IMG/VR virus record: IMGVR_UViG_3300035042_000139
Source: a virus
Taxonomy: Duplodnaviria > Heunggongvirae > Uroviricota > Caudoviricetes
Reading direction: 5' to 3' (one strand)
Length of the DNA: 52,705 bases
Below are positions 39,609 through 50,419 of this stretch, in pieces (positions within the stretch are counted from its first letter, which is position 1; every line of letters begins with the position of its first letter). The position numbers were made by a program, and so were the translations under genes. A model generated the notes under the pieces. The model ran no database searches, had not been told where the DNA came from, and saw nothing but the letters and a program-made list of their open reading frames with translations.

Positions 39609-40700
39609 ATGGAATGTATAGTGGATAAAAAAGCACTACAAAATGTTTTAAAAAAAGTACAAAAATGTATTTCCACAAGCACAAATATTTTAGAAATTTC
39701 ATCTTCTGTTTTAATTTCTGTTAAATATGACAGACTTATTATTAAAGCTACTAATTTTAATATGTATATCAAAGATGAGATTGATGAAGTTAAAATAAAG
39801 GAGGAAGGAGATGTTTTAATTCCTTTCTCTTTACTTAATAATTTGGTTAGAAAATATAAAAATGAAAAAATACACTTAAGATTAAATGACAGCAACTTAG
39901 AACTTGTAAGTAAGGATAACTTATTTAAGGTTCCAATTTTAAATATTGATTTTCCGGAAGAATACATTGTAGAAAAAGAAACAGAACTCACAATAAAAGA
40001 GTCAATAATTATGGATGTCTTTAAGCGTTTCATCAAAATAATACCTGATGAATCACATCAAAACTCAATAACAGGATTAAATATAAAGCTTAAAGAAGAC
40101 GGAACTATTGATTTTGTTACTACTGATACATTTAGAATGTATTTTTCAAATCTAAAAGACTTTCATATAAGCGGAGAGAGGGAGGGCCAATATTTAATAC
40201 CTAAGAATATGATTAAATATATCCTTGGAGTTTTAGATGGAGGAGAAAAGGAAGTTAAGCTAATTTTAAATAATGAATACATCAAACTTTTAAAAGATGA
40301 TTTAGTTTTAAAGCACCAATTAATAGCAGGTAGCTTCCCTTTATACGAAAAGATTATTCCCAAAAATCTAGAATTTGAAAATAAGATTAAGACTTCAGAG
40401 TTTAAAGATGCTATCAATAGAGTTAAAATTATCAGCGATTTTATGATTGGAGATAAAGTTATAACAATTAAAACAAAAGATGAGAGTTTGTTTATTTATT
40501 CTTCAGATATGAAAAACCTTGAAAAGTTAAACTTTGATTTTAAAACTCCAATAGATAAAAATTTCGATTCAGGATTTTTATTGGACTTTATAAATGATAC
40601 AGGAAGTGATGATTTTAAAATATCATTTAATAAAGGAGATACAGCTGTAATTTTAAATGACAGAGATATAAATTATATGTTAATGCCGATTAGAAAATAA
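39609..40700 (+). CDS. dnaN: DNA polymerase III beta sliding clamp
   Basis: 363 aa; IKATN, VTTDTFRM, LIAGSFPLYEKIIP, C-terminal YMLMPIR. Confidence 0.9.
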   Translation: MECIVDKKALQNVLKKVQKCISTSTNILEISSSVLISVKYDRLIIKATNFNMYIKDEIDEVKIKEEGDVLIPFSLLNNLVRKYKNEKIHLRLNDSNLELVSKDNLFKVPILNIDFPEEYIVEKETELTIKESIIMDVFKRFIKIIPDESHQNSITGLNIKLKEDGTIDFVTTDTFRMYFSNLKDFHISGEREGQYLIPKNMIKYILGVLDGGEKEVKLILNNEYIKLLKDDLVLKHQLIAGSFPLYEKIIPKNLEFENKIKTSEFKDAINRVKIISDFMIGDKVITIKTKDESLFIYSSDMKNLEKLNFDFKTPIDKNFDSGFLLDFINDTGSDDFKISFNKGDTAVILNDRDINYMLMPIRK

Positions 40701-43529
40701 ATGGAGGTGCAAATATTGAATTTAACACTTGATTTAAACAAGAAACAAAAAGAAGCAGTTTTGCACGATAAGGGGCCGTCACTTGTTGTTGCCGGGGCTG
40801 GTAGTGGAAAAACAAGAGTTATAACATATCGTATAGCAAGACTTATTAAAGAAGGTATTTTTCCTTCTGAAATCCTAACTGTAACCTTTACAAATAAGGC
40901 AGCAAGCGAGATGGAAGATAGAGTAAAAAAGATTGTAGACTGTGATATATCAAGCATGTGGATTGGGACTTTTCACTCAATGTGTTTGAAAATCTTAAGC
41001 GAGAACTTAGATAAGATAGGCTACAAACCAAACTACCTCATATATGACACTGATGACTCTGTAAAAATAGTAAACGATATCATAAACTCAATGGGGCTTG
41101 ATGATAAAGTCTATGAGGATAAAAAAGTATTCTTTAAAATAACAGAAGCTAAAAGAAACTTAATATCATTTGCTAATTATCTGCAAAAGCTTGGTAGAGA
41201 GCCTTTTGAAAGAGATAGGTATATCCAGAAGATATACAAGGAATATTATAAAAGGTTAAAGAAAAATAATGCCTTTGACTTTACTGACCTGATAACAAAA
41301 ACAATTTATCTGTTTAGAAAATATCCTGAAGTTTTAGAACACTATCAAAATAAATTTAAGTATATTCAGTGTGATGAGTATCAAGACACAAATCACAGTC
41401 AGTATATAATACTTAAGATGCTGGCAGATAAACACAAAAATATTATGGCCGTAGGTGATTCCGACCAGTGCCAACCACCAAATACCGAAGTCTTAACTAC
41501 TAAAGGTTACAAAAAAATCAAAGACTTAGAGCCTGGTGTTGACAAGGTTCCTAGCTATGACAGGCGTGGTTCTTATGTAATTGGATTAAGTGATGATTAT
41601 GGTTACGAAATTAAAAAAGGTATGAGAAATTACAAAGGCAAAATGTATGAAATAGAAACTGAAGATGGCAAAATATCTAAATCAACTTATAACCATAAAT
41701 GGCTTGTTAAGTGGACAAATAAATCTACTAACTATAATGTAGTCTACTTGATGCAAAAAGATGACAAATTTAGAGTAGGATGGTGTCAATTATTTAAAGC
41801 AGATGGGGGATTTCATTTAGAAGTTAGGTCAAGAATCGAAAAAGCAGATAAAGCATGGATTTTAAAGGTTGTAAAAACTAAAAAAGAAGCATTTGCCTGG
41901 GAAAGTATTATTGCTAGCAGGTATGGAATTCCACAATTAACTTTTCAGGAAACAAATGACGGAGCGACTAATGGTTATTTAACAAAAGAAGTAATAAGTT
42001 CTGTTTATGAAAACTTATCATATGAAAGACTTTATAAAAATGCAAAAAAATGCCTCAAAGACCACGACAGAGAAATAGAATTTCCATTTTTTGACGTTGA
42101 AAATGTTTACCAAAGACGTGGCGGAAAATCTATTATAAAAATAAAAGCATGCAATTTTATTCCAGAACTTATGAAAGTTCCAGTCCATATTAAAGGAAAG
42201 AAGACAGAGTGGAAAAAAATAAAAAAGCTTAGAATTTATGATTATGATGGACCTGTTTATAGTTTAAATGTTGATAAATATCACAAATATATAGCGGATG
42301 GAATTGTAACCTGCAATAGTATTTATGGATTTAGGGGTTCTGATATCCAGAATATAATAGATTTTGAAAAAGAGTATAAAAATGTAAATATAATAAAACT
42401 TGAAAGAAATTATAGAAGTACATCTAATATTATAGAAGCCTCAAATGAGGTAGTTAAAAACAATGAAAAAAGAAGAGAAAAGGTTGCTTTCACTAAAGCT
42501 AAGCCCGGGTTTCCTATAGTTATAGCTGAAACATTTGACTCATATAAAGAGGCTGACTTTATAGTCAATACAATCAAAACTCTTACAGATGCAAATAATT
42601 ATGACTATAAAGATATTACACTTCTTTATAGAAGTAATTATCAGTCGCAGAATTTCGAAACAGCTTTTGTTAATGCAGGAATACCTTACACAGTTGTTAA
42701 AGGTACAGGGTTTTTTGATAGAAAAGAAATAAAAGACCTTCTAGCATTTATTAGATTGACTGCAAATGTTGAAGACTCTCCAAGTTTAAATAGGATTATA
42801 AACCTAGAGAGTAACGGTATAGGTCCTGTAACTGTAGCGAAAATGCTTGAACACAGCTACAACACAATGCTTCCTCTGATAGATGTTGTTAAATCTCCAT
42901 CATCTGTTAATGGTATAGGAAAAGTAAAGGGAGAGGCAGTATTAAAAATGTTTGATGAATATTTAAAGCCTATTATAGAGATTAGGGAAGAAGACCTCGG
43001 ATTGCAGGAAACAATACTAAAAATCTACGAAGATGTTCATTTTGAAGATATATTACTACAAGACGAAGAAACTTATGAAAACAAAATGAAGAATATAGAG
43101 GCATTTTTTGATTTTGTTAATAACTATGTCGAGAAAAATTCCAACGATGATTCACTTGTAGACTTTCTGCAGAATGTAAAGCTTATAAGTGACCAAGACC
43201 AGCTCGACCAGGACTCAGATAAGGTTAAATTAATGACTGTACATGGAGCCAAAGGTTTAGAATTCCCTATAGTTTTCATGGTTGGGATGGAAGAAGAGAC
43301 ATTCCCTCACAAGTTCTCACTTGAAGAGCCTGACGGAGAGGAAGAGGAAAGAAGATTATGCTATGTAGCTATGACAAGAGCTGAAGAAAGATTGTTTCTT
43401 ACCTACTGCAAGAGAAGATTTCAGTTCTATCAGTTTGTAGATAAAAAGCCTTCAAGGTTTATAGATGAAATACCTATGAAGTATTCAAAGTTTATGATTT
43501 ATAGTGACAAAAGTAAGAAGGCTATTTAG
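40701..43529 (+). CDS. UvrD/PcrA SF1 helicase with intein
   Basis: AGAGSGKT, TFTNKAA, DEYQDT, VGDSDQ|SIYGFRG, NYRS, MTVHGAKGLEF, EERRLCYVAMTRA. Confidence 0.96.
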   Translation: MEVQILNLTLDLNKKQKEAVLHDKGPSLVVAGAGSGKTRVITYRIARLIKEGIFPSEILTVTFTNKAASEMEDRVKKIVDCDISSMWIGTFHSMCLKILSENLDKIGYKPNYLIYDTDDSVKIVNDIINSMGLDDKVYEDKKVFFKITEAKRNLISFANYLQKLGREPFERDRYIQKIYKEYYKRLKKNNAFDFTDLITKTIYLFRKYPEVLEHYQNKFKYIQCDEYQDTNHSQYIILKMLADKHKNIMAVGDSDQCQPPNTEVLTTKGYKKIKDLEPGVDKVPSYDRRGSYVIGLSDDYGYEIKKGMRNYKGKMYEIETEDGKISKSTYNHKWLVKWTNKSTNYNVVYLMQKDDKFRVGWCQLFKADGGFHLEVRSRIEKADKAWILKVVKTKKEAFAWESIIASRYGIPQLTFQETNDGATNGYLTKEVISSVYENLSYERLYKNAKKCLKDHDREIEFPFFDVENVYQRRGGKSIIKIKACNFIPELMKVPVHIKGKKTEWKKIKKLRIYDYDGPVYSLNVDKYHKYIADGIVTCNSIYGFRGSDIQNIIDFEKEYKNVNIIKLERNYRSTSNIIEASNEVVKNNEKRREKVAFTKAKPGFPIVIAETFDSYKEADFIVNTIKTLTDANNYDYKDITLLYRSNYQSQNFETAFVNAGIPYTVVKGTGFFDRKEIKDLLAFIRLTANVEDSPSLNRIINLESNGIGPVTVAKMLEHSYNTMLPLIDVVKSPSSVNGIGKVKGEAVLKMFDEYLKPIIEIREEDLGLQETILKIYEDVHFEDILLQDEETYENKMKNIEAFFDFVNNYVEKNSNDDSLVDFLQNVKLISDQDQLDQDSDKVKLMTVHGAKGLEFPIVFMVGMEEETFPHKFSLEEPDGEEEERRLCYVAMTRAEERLFLTYCKRRFQFYQFVDKKPSRFIDEIPMKYSKFMIYSDKSKKAI
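41469..42317 (+). mobile_element. intein (283 aa) in helicase motif III
   Basis: Begins CQPPNTEV, has block B STYNHKW, ends VYSLNV...YIADGIVTCN before +1 Ser; removal restores GDSDQSIYGFRG. Confidence 0.93.
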
Positions 43530-43540
43530 GAGTTGATATT

Positions 43541-44149
43541 TTGTTTAGTGTAAAAGAATTTGATGTAAAAATAAAAAAGAATAAAAAAAGTAAAAACTAT
43601 ATTTTGTACAGAGACACAAACAACAAACAGGATGTTAAATCTCAAATAAATAGCATTATAGATAGTAAATTAAATTGGAACTGGGAAAGATATGGTATAC
43701 CTCACATGTTTAACACAAATGGTGAGGTGTACTACCTTCACCCAATAAGTAATTTAAAAATAGAAAAAGAGTTTTTTAAATATGGATTAAGAGGTCAGAA
43801 ATATTTATTTTCAGTCAATAAAGGCCTATTTTCATTTTACTATACCAAAAACGCTTTTGTTACACTTAAAAACTTTGATTATGAGTTTTATAAAGATATT
43901 AAATCTGTATTTAAAAGGGAAAAATATGAAAATTTTATTTACGCATTCTCTATTGATTATGATAAAGAAAATATAATATCAAAGAAGGTTCATTTTAATG
44001 CTGATTACATGGATAAAAAAGATATCAAGTTAATAGAAGAAATTTCTGGCCAAAAAATAAACAGCTTAAAAGAAAGCTTCAACATTAAAAGAGATTTAGA
44101 GCTTATTGGTTTTAATAAAAAAAAGGAATTTGCATTTTATTTCAAATAA
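43541..44149 (+). CDS. hypothetical protein (K/F/Y-rich)
   Basis: TTG start after AGGAG. Confidence 0.65.
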   Translation: MFSVKEFDVKIKKNKKSKNYILYRDTNNKQDVKSQINSIIDSKLNWNWERYGIPHMFNTNGEVYYLHPISNLKIEKEFFKYGLRGQKYLFSVNKGLFSFYYTKNAFVTLKNFDYEFYKDIKSVFKREKYENFIYAFSIDYDKENIISKKVHFNADYMDKKDIKLIEEISGQKINSLKESFNIKRDLELIGFNKKKEFAFYFK

Positions 44150-44165
44150 AAAAGGGGGAGATTAA

Positions 44166-44427
44166 ATGGTAGAATGTCCAGTATGCCAAAAGGGAGAAAT
44201 TGTAACTGAAAGAATAAAAGAAGTTGCCGAAATATCATCGATGGGCCACGAGGCTCAGGATTCTCCAAACGTTGTAGAGGTACAATTTTATGAACGTCAG
44301 GAGAATATTGATATTTTAGATGAAAAAAGTTTATTGCACCAACTGCAAAACAGAGTTTGAACATGATGTAGTAATGGATGGAGATTATTATCTTAAAGCA
44401 AATTTAGAAAAGGTGGTTTTAAAATAA
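44166..44427 (+). pseudogene. zinc-ribbon gene split by one extra A in an A6 tract
   Basis: CPVC in the first frame, partner CTNC in the +1 frame after A6 (44323-44328); that frame ends in TAA overlapping the thyX ATG. Confidence 0.65.
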
Positions 44428-46043
44428 TGAAGGTGACTTTATTAGAGGAAGGAACATCAAACAATCCAGTAATGAGTATAGCGATGGCTGCCAGTCGTTG
44501 CTATGATTCGGAACCGACAAAAGAGCTAGTCAGAAATGTATTGAATTCAGGACATAATTCTATGGCTGAGTTTGCAGCTTTTCATTTTAATATCAAAAAG
44601 GGAAGCAGAGTGTTTTCTCATCAGCTTGTAAGAAAAAGAGCGGGGGTAAGTTTTTGTTTAAGTGGTGATACAAGAATATATTCAGACTATCAAAATGGTA
44701 GTGTACATCCTAAGACACTCAAAGAACTCTATAATACTACAATTAATGGATTAAAACACACAAACGTAAGATGTGTTGATGAAGAAAATAAAATAATTAC
44801 TAAAAATAAACCAATATCCATAATAAAATCTGGTATAAAAGATGTTTATACTGTAAAAACAAAAGATGGTTATAGTATAAAATCTACAAAAGAGCATAAA
44901 TTTTTAACAGATAACGGCTGGAAAAGATTAAAAAACATAAAAGAAGGAGATATAATTTACACAAATGGAGAGCCATTATATAGGGATAAAAACTGGTTAG
45001 AAAAAAAATATCACAAAGAAAATTTATCACAAAAAAAGATTGCCACTTTATGTAACTGTTCTCATCACACTATTAGGAAATGGATTAGAAAATATAATTT
45101 ACAAAAAGAGTTAGGAAGTTGGTCTTTAGGTGTTGAGCCGCCAAATAAAGGAAAAACAAAAGATAATTATAAACCAATGAAAATAAGCTCTGAAAAATTA
45201 AAAGGAGAAAATAACCCTAATTATAAAAAAGGTGAAAAATTTGTAGGAGAAAAAAATCATCAATGGAAAGGAAATAATATCAAAAATACTGGTGGATATA
45301 CTCGTGTCCAGAGGCATTTTGATAGAAAATATAAATGTGAAATTTGCGATAAAGAAACTAAATTTACCGAAGTTCATCATATAGATAAAAACCCTTCAAA
45401 TGATTCAGATGATAATTTAATAGAGCTTTGTAGAACATGCCACGCAGTCCAGCATTATGGAGTAAAAGTTAAACAAATAAGACTTTCAGAAATTAAAAGC
45501 ATTGAATATTCAGGAAAAGAAATGACTTATGATTTAGAAATGAAAAATCCACATCATAATTTTATAGCTAATGGTTTTGTTGTACACAATTCTCAGCGTT
45601 CACAGCGCTATGTAAATGAGGATGGTTTTGGTTATGTAACACCAGATACCATCAAAAAAGAGAGTTTTACTCACTATGAATATGATGAAATGATTTCTAA
45701 GCTCCATGATTTATATAATCAATTTGTTGAAATGGGGATACCAAAAGAAGACGCAAGATTTATACTTCCAAATTCAACTGAAACAGAAATAGATGTAATG
45801 ATTAACCTTCATTCACTTATGGATTTAGCAAAAGAAAGGTTATGTACCAGAGCTCAGTGGGAAATAAGAGATATTGTCTGGCAGATGAGAAACCAGGTTG
45901 TGGCCAAATGGCCTATCTTTGGAGAATATATCAAGCCTAAATGTCAGGTTATAGGTTACTGTCCTGAGCATAAAAGCTGTGGTTTAACTATTCACAAAAG
46001 TGAGGTCAGAGATTTATTTAAACCAGGTAAAAAGGAGGCATAA
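44427..46043 (+). CDS. thyX: flavin-dependent thymidylate synthase with intein
   Basis: GHNSMAEF, SRVFSHQLVRKR, SQRSQRYV, EDARFILP, ERLC.RAQWEIR. Confidence 0.95.
   Translation: MKVTLLEEGTSNNPVMSIAMAASRCYDSEPTKELVRNVLNSGHNSMAEFAAFHFNIKKGSRVFSHQLVRKRAGVSFCLSGDTRIYSDYQNGSVHPKTLKELYNTTINGLKHTNVRCVDEENKIITKNKPISIIKSGIKDVYTVKTKDGYSIKSTKEHKFLTDNGWKRLKNIKEGDIIYTNGEPLYRDKNWLEKKYHKENLSQKKIATLCNCSHHTIRKWIRKYNLQKELGSWSLGVEPPNKGKTKDNYKPMKISSEKLKGENNPNYKKGEKFVGEKNHQWKGNNIKNTGGYTRVQRHFDRKYKCEICDKETKFTEVHHIDKNPSNDSDDNLIELCRTCHAVQHYGVKVKQIRLSEIKSIEYSGKEMTYDLEMKNPHHNFIANGFVVHNSQRSQRYVNEDGFGYVTPDTIKKESFTHYEYDEMISKLHDLYNQFVEMGIPKEDARFILPNSTETEIDVMINLHSLMDLAKERLCTRAQWEIRDIVWQMRNQVVAKWPIFGEYIKPKCQVIGYCPEHKSCGLTIHKSEVRDLFKPGKKEA
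44655..45590 (+). mobile_element. intein (312 aa) with HNH homing endonuclease
   Basis: CLSGDT start, TKEHKFLT, HTH-like segment, CEIC..EVHHIDKNPSN...NL..LC.TCH...H, ends FIANGFVVHN before +1 Ser. Confidence 0.95.
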
Positions 46044-47063
46044 AATGGAAGAAAATTTAATTGATAGAATTGTTGATGCTATAAACAATGATGATGTATC
46101 AAGTGACAAAAAAGAAATTTATATCACAGATTTTTATAACGAACTTAACTCTGATAAAAAAGCAGTTGTGGATGAGCTGATGATGGATTTAACAGGTTGG
46201 AAATTAGAAACCTTAATAAACAATGAGAATTATTAAAAGGAGGAATAAATCATGAGTAAACAGGTAGGATGTTTAATTTGGACAGAAGATGATGTTCTAG
46301 GAGCAATGGAGGACAATGAAATTGAATTAACAGAGGACAATATTGAAAGAGCAGTTTCTGCTGTTGAGAATGCCAATATGGGGTATGCAATACAGATAGT
46401 AAACGAAGAAATTGATGAAGTTGTAAGCTCTGAGTTTAACTAGAACGATATATTTTAAAAGGGAGGGTTATACTAATGAGTGATTATTATAATAACGTAA
46501 TTCATAAGATTGACCGTAGGGGTAAAATGTTGGTGGTTAAAGATATGACAAATGATGAGTGGGATATTTCTGATTATAACAACTATAAATTTGAGTTTGT
46601 TGAGTACGACACCAATTCAAACAAAGCTGTAAAAAGATTTCCTTTCTTTGTTGATGCTGACGAAATCAATGCTTATCTTTCTACTATTTTAACAGGTGCT
46701 TACAGCAAAATTGTAGGTTGGCATACATTTTTTGCAGGTAGCGCTAATAGTGGCCAAGCAGAAAAATTAGTTGATGGTAATATGAAAAAAGTTATTTCAG
46801 GACCTGAATCAAGAAAATTAACTATTGGTGTTAATGACTCAGGCTATTTTGTTTTAAAAATTGAGATTGCAAATGGTAAAGTTGGAAGAAGAGGAGAGGT
46901 AACTCCAAATGGAGATACTGTTGACAGCATATCTTTTGGTATTAAAGCTGAAGAGGCTGTTGTTTTAGCCAAAACAATTGAATCTTATACTACAGCTAAA
47001 AAATCACTAGGAATTAGATATTACACACAAAACAAAAAGAAACATATCAAGGAGGCTGGCTAA
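46024..47063 (+). CDS. three hypothetical proteins (46024-46236, 46252-46443, 46476-47063)
   Basis: GGAGG RBS before each. Confidence 0.7.
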
Positions 47064-47065
47064 TC

Positions 47066-47563
47066 TTGTCAGAGGAAATTAAAATAAAGTATTTAGATAA
47101 AAATATAGATAAATTAAAAAAAGTAGAGCATGGTGACTGGGTTGATTTGAGAGTCAGCTCAGTCAAATTAAGCAGGAATAAGAAGTCTTTTGTTGAAATA
47201 AGTAAAGCAGACCCTAAAGGAAAAGAGTTAAGTTTTAAAAAAGGTGATGTGTTAAAAATAGGTTTGGGAGTAGCAATGGAGCTTCCTAAAGGTTATGAAG
47301 CTAATGCAGTGCCAAGAAGCAGCACATTTAAACACTACGGATTAATACAGCTCAACCATTTTGGGATTATAGACGAAAGCTATAATGGAAATAATGACCA
47401 ATGGATATTTATGGGATATGCATTAAAAGATGGAAAAATATCTAAAAATGACAGGGTCTGTCAATTTAGAATCAATAAAAAGATGCCTGATATTAATTTT
47501 AAGATTGTTGAAGATTTAGAAAATGAGAATAGGGGCGGAATAGGTTCAACAGGTAAACAGTAA
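47066..47563 (+). CDS. dut: trimeric dUTPase
   Basis: DWVDL, PRSS, GIIDESYNG, DRVCQF, RGGIGSTG. Confidence 0.93.
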   Translation: MSEEIKIKYLDKNIDKLKKVEHGDWVDLRVSSVKLSRNKKSFVEISKADPKGKELSFKKGDVLKIGLGVAMELPKGYEANAVPRSSTFKHYGLIQLNHFGIIDESYNGNNDQWIFMGYALKDGKISKNDRVCQFRINKKMPDINFKIVEDLENENRGGIGSTGKQ

Positions 47564-47584
47564 AAAAGGGGGCCTTGTGCCCCC
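47562..47584. terminator. GC hairpin preceded by an A-run
   Basis: AAAAAA-GGGGGC-CTTGT-GCCCCC; same loop as the hairpin at 8280. Confidence 0.5.
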
Positions 47585-47601
47585 GAAATAAGGGGGTACA
47601 A

Positions 47602-48352
47602 GATGAGCGAAAGAATCACTAAAAAGTGGATTAGCAAACTTTCTAACGAAAGATTACTGGAAGTATTTGAAAGTTTAGCAGGAGAAGCATATATAAAAAA
47701 CACTAAAAAATCCTATAGAGAACTAAGATACTGTAAAGAAGAAGTCATGAAAAGAATTAAAGAATAAAAAAAGGAGGGGTATATATGTTTATAGTAGGTC
47801 AGTGCAGCAAATGCAAGAATTATGGATTAATTGATATTGGAAAACACAGCAAAGAAGAGGTTGATAATTTCTTAAAAAAGGCTGAATTCGGAGAGTGCTC
47901 ATTCGGTGGCTGGCATGTTGAATTGGGTAAAATGGATGAATATATAAACCTTGACTGGGATGAAGTATATGTGAATAAAGAAGAAGCACAAAAAGTAGTT
48001 GACATCAAAAATAAAAGGGGTGAAAATTAATATGAATACAACAGTAATAGCATTTGATTTAGAAGAATTAAAAGAAATTATGGAAAGAAAAAAACTAGAT
48101 ACACTTGATGATATAGAAAATACTGCTTATCTAACACAAAGTAATTTTGGAGGCATGGTTATTCTTGTCAACAAATCTGGTGATGGAGTGTTTGTTCAGG
48201 AAGTTTGGGATAGTGGCAGCAACGAGATTGAAGAAGCCGAAATTTTTTACGACGAAGAGTGGGAATATGGCAACGAAGGAGAAGCTTACGCCTACTTTGA
48301 TTATGAAGATGAAAAATACTATTTAGCAGAATTTATGAGAAAAAATTACTAA
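47602..48352 (+). CDS. three small hypothetical proteins (47602-47767, 47785-48030, about 48032-48352)
   Basis: RBS-preceded ORFs. Confidence 0.65.
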
Positions 48353-48366
48353 TAGGGGGTGACTGA

Positions 48367-49608
48367 ATGCACTTCGATGATGAATTTATAAATGAAGTTA
48401 AAAGAGCTAATCCTCTAATAGAAACTATGTCTGAATATACAAACATTGAAAGAAAAGGGGAGGGTGGTAGGTATAAATGTAACTGCCCACTCCCTAATCA
48501 TGAGGATAAAAAGACACCATCAATGACAATTTTCGATAATGATTCTGCCTATTGTTTTGGTTGTGACACAAACATTATGGATTCCATAGCTCTACTTGAA
48601 CAGATGGAAGGTCTAAGTTTTCCAGAAGCAGTTATAAAACTTGCAGAAAGGGCTGGACTTGAAATACCATCTGAAGAAAATGAGAAGTTTAAAAGGGTAA
48701 GAAGCCAAAGAGAAGACATGATGCAGAAGGCAAGAGTTTTTTATAATAATCTGATGAATAAAAAAGAATACTCTTTTGCCAAAGATTACTTGATGAACGA
48801 AAGAGGATTAACTAAAGAGGTTATAGATAAATATAAACTTGGCTATTGTAACGGAGATTTTCTAAATGATGATGAATATAAGAAGTTTACAAACCGTATT
48901 ATATTTCCTGTATTCAATCACTACGGAGAAATCTGTGGGTTTTCAGGCAGAAGTTTACCTAAAGACGAAGGTAAATATGCAAAGTATGTAAACAGCAGTG
49001 AGACTAAGAATCCTTTATTTAAGAAAAAGAATTTGATTTATGGTTTAGACCTTGCGAAAAAATCAATCAGGAAAAGTAACTTTGTTATTTGGTTTGAAGG
49101 CTATATGGATGTTGCTTCAACTCATAAAGTTGGGGTTGAAAATGTGGTCGCCTCAATGGGAACTGCGATTACAGAAGAGCAGATAAAACTAATGAGCCGC
49201 TTTACAAAAAATATCATATTGTTTCTTGACGGAGACGATTCAGGCGTTAAAGCTATGCATCGTAGTTTAGATTTGTTCGATAAACAAAACATACTACTGA
49301 AGATAGTTCACGGTCAGAACAATATGGACCCTGATGATATGGCAAATATTATGGGTTCTAAATTTAAAGACTGGATTCTAGATAATGCCAAAACTCCAGA
49401 GCAATTTTTTGCAAATAAATATTTAGAAGAGTTTAATTTAGAAGTAAATGAAGCTCAAAGAAAAGCAATAGAAAATGTTGCCGAAACTTTTGGTAATAGA
49501 CTGGACAGAATAGAGACTGAAATAGCATTAAGCTCTCTATCTAATAGTTTAGGAATAAGTATTGAAACACTAAAGAAAAAAGCTGCTTCAGTAAGTGGAG
49601 GTGGGTAA
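48367..49608 (+). CDS. dnaG: DnaG-type DNA primase
   Basis: Zn finger CPLPNHEDKKTPS..YCFGC, RIIFP, GFSGR, KYVNS, TOPRIM FEGYMDV, MGTA, LDGDDSG, DPDD. Confidence 0.95.
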   Translation: MHFDDEFINEVKRANPLIETMSEYTNIERKGEGGRYKCNCPLPNHEDKKTPSMTIFDNDSAYCFGCDTNIMDSIALLEQMEGLSFPEAVIKLAERAGLEIPSEENEKFKRVRSQREDMMQKARVFYNNLMNKKEYSFAKDYLMNERGLTKEVIDKYKLGYCNGDFLNDDEYKKFTNRIIFPVFNHYGEICGFSGRSLPKDEGKYAKYVNSSETKNPLFKKKNLIYGLDLAKKSIRKSNFVIWFEGYMDVASTHKVGVENVVASMGTAITEEQIKLMSRFTKNIILFLDGDDSGVKAMHRSLDLFDKQNILLKIVHGQNNMDPDDMANIMGSKFKDWILDNAKTPEQFFANKYLEEFNLEVNEAQRKAIENVAETFGNRLDRIETEIALSSLSNSLGISIETLKKKAASVSGGG

Positions 49609-50407
49609 AATTAATATACCAGTAACAAATGATGATTTTAACGAAAAAAAATGGAGAGAAGTCAGAAAATCATGGGAGAAAAAAATAAAAGATGTTACGC
49701 TCCCTAAAGACCTGGCTTCATCTCCAGAGATGATAGTAAAGGCTGAATACGAGCTTGATTTGTTGCACAGTGAGGCTTCATACCTTTTTAGTAAATACCG
49801 GGCTATGTATGAGAATATGGAAGACTATATTGATGCTGTTAAGTATGTCTATCGGGATAAAGGCAACAATCCTGAAGAAAGAAAGTCACGAGCATATAAG
49901 ATGCTGATTTATTATCCTTACGGAGAAGAAAGAATTGATGCTCAGAACTTAATTGAGATTAGAAATAGAATTAGAGAAAGATATTATTTCTTTAGAGATT
50001 TTGTAATAGCAACTATTAAAGCTAAAAGAGATGCGCTTAATACTGATATTGGTGCAGGTAAGATTGAATCACAGATTATATCAGGTTATGGAGCAAGTGC
50101 ATAAAGGAGGTTGATGTCGTTTGTGGGATACAGATGTTACAACAAAAGCTTAAAAGGTAAATTTAAAGTAAGAAAACATGCTAGAGATAGATTCAAAGAC
50201 AGACATGGTAATGAATATATAGGAAATAAAAAAATTAAAAATATGGGAAAGCATACCCTCAATCAGAAGATAATAAAGTCTATTAAAAAGCGCAGAGAAA
50301 AAATTATAGAACAAAGAGATGGTTCACTTTTAGTTATAACTAAAGATTTTAAGGCTGTTGTGATGCCTGAGTTTTATAACTATGTAATAACTATATTGCC
50401 GGATTAA
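49595..50407 (+). CDS. two hypothetical proteins (49595-50104, 50111-50407)
   Basis: The second has ..HARDRF..R and a C-terminal VITIL, weakly RelE/ColD-like. Confidence 0.65.
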
Positions 50408-50419
50408 GGTGGGGATAAA

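Noticed and set aside
50111-50407. Toxin-antitoxin toxin
   Set aside because: Only a weak HA..R / VITI resemblance, with no evident antitoxin
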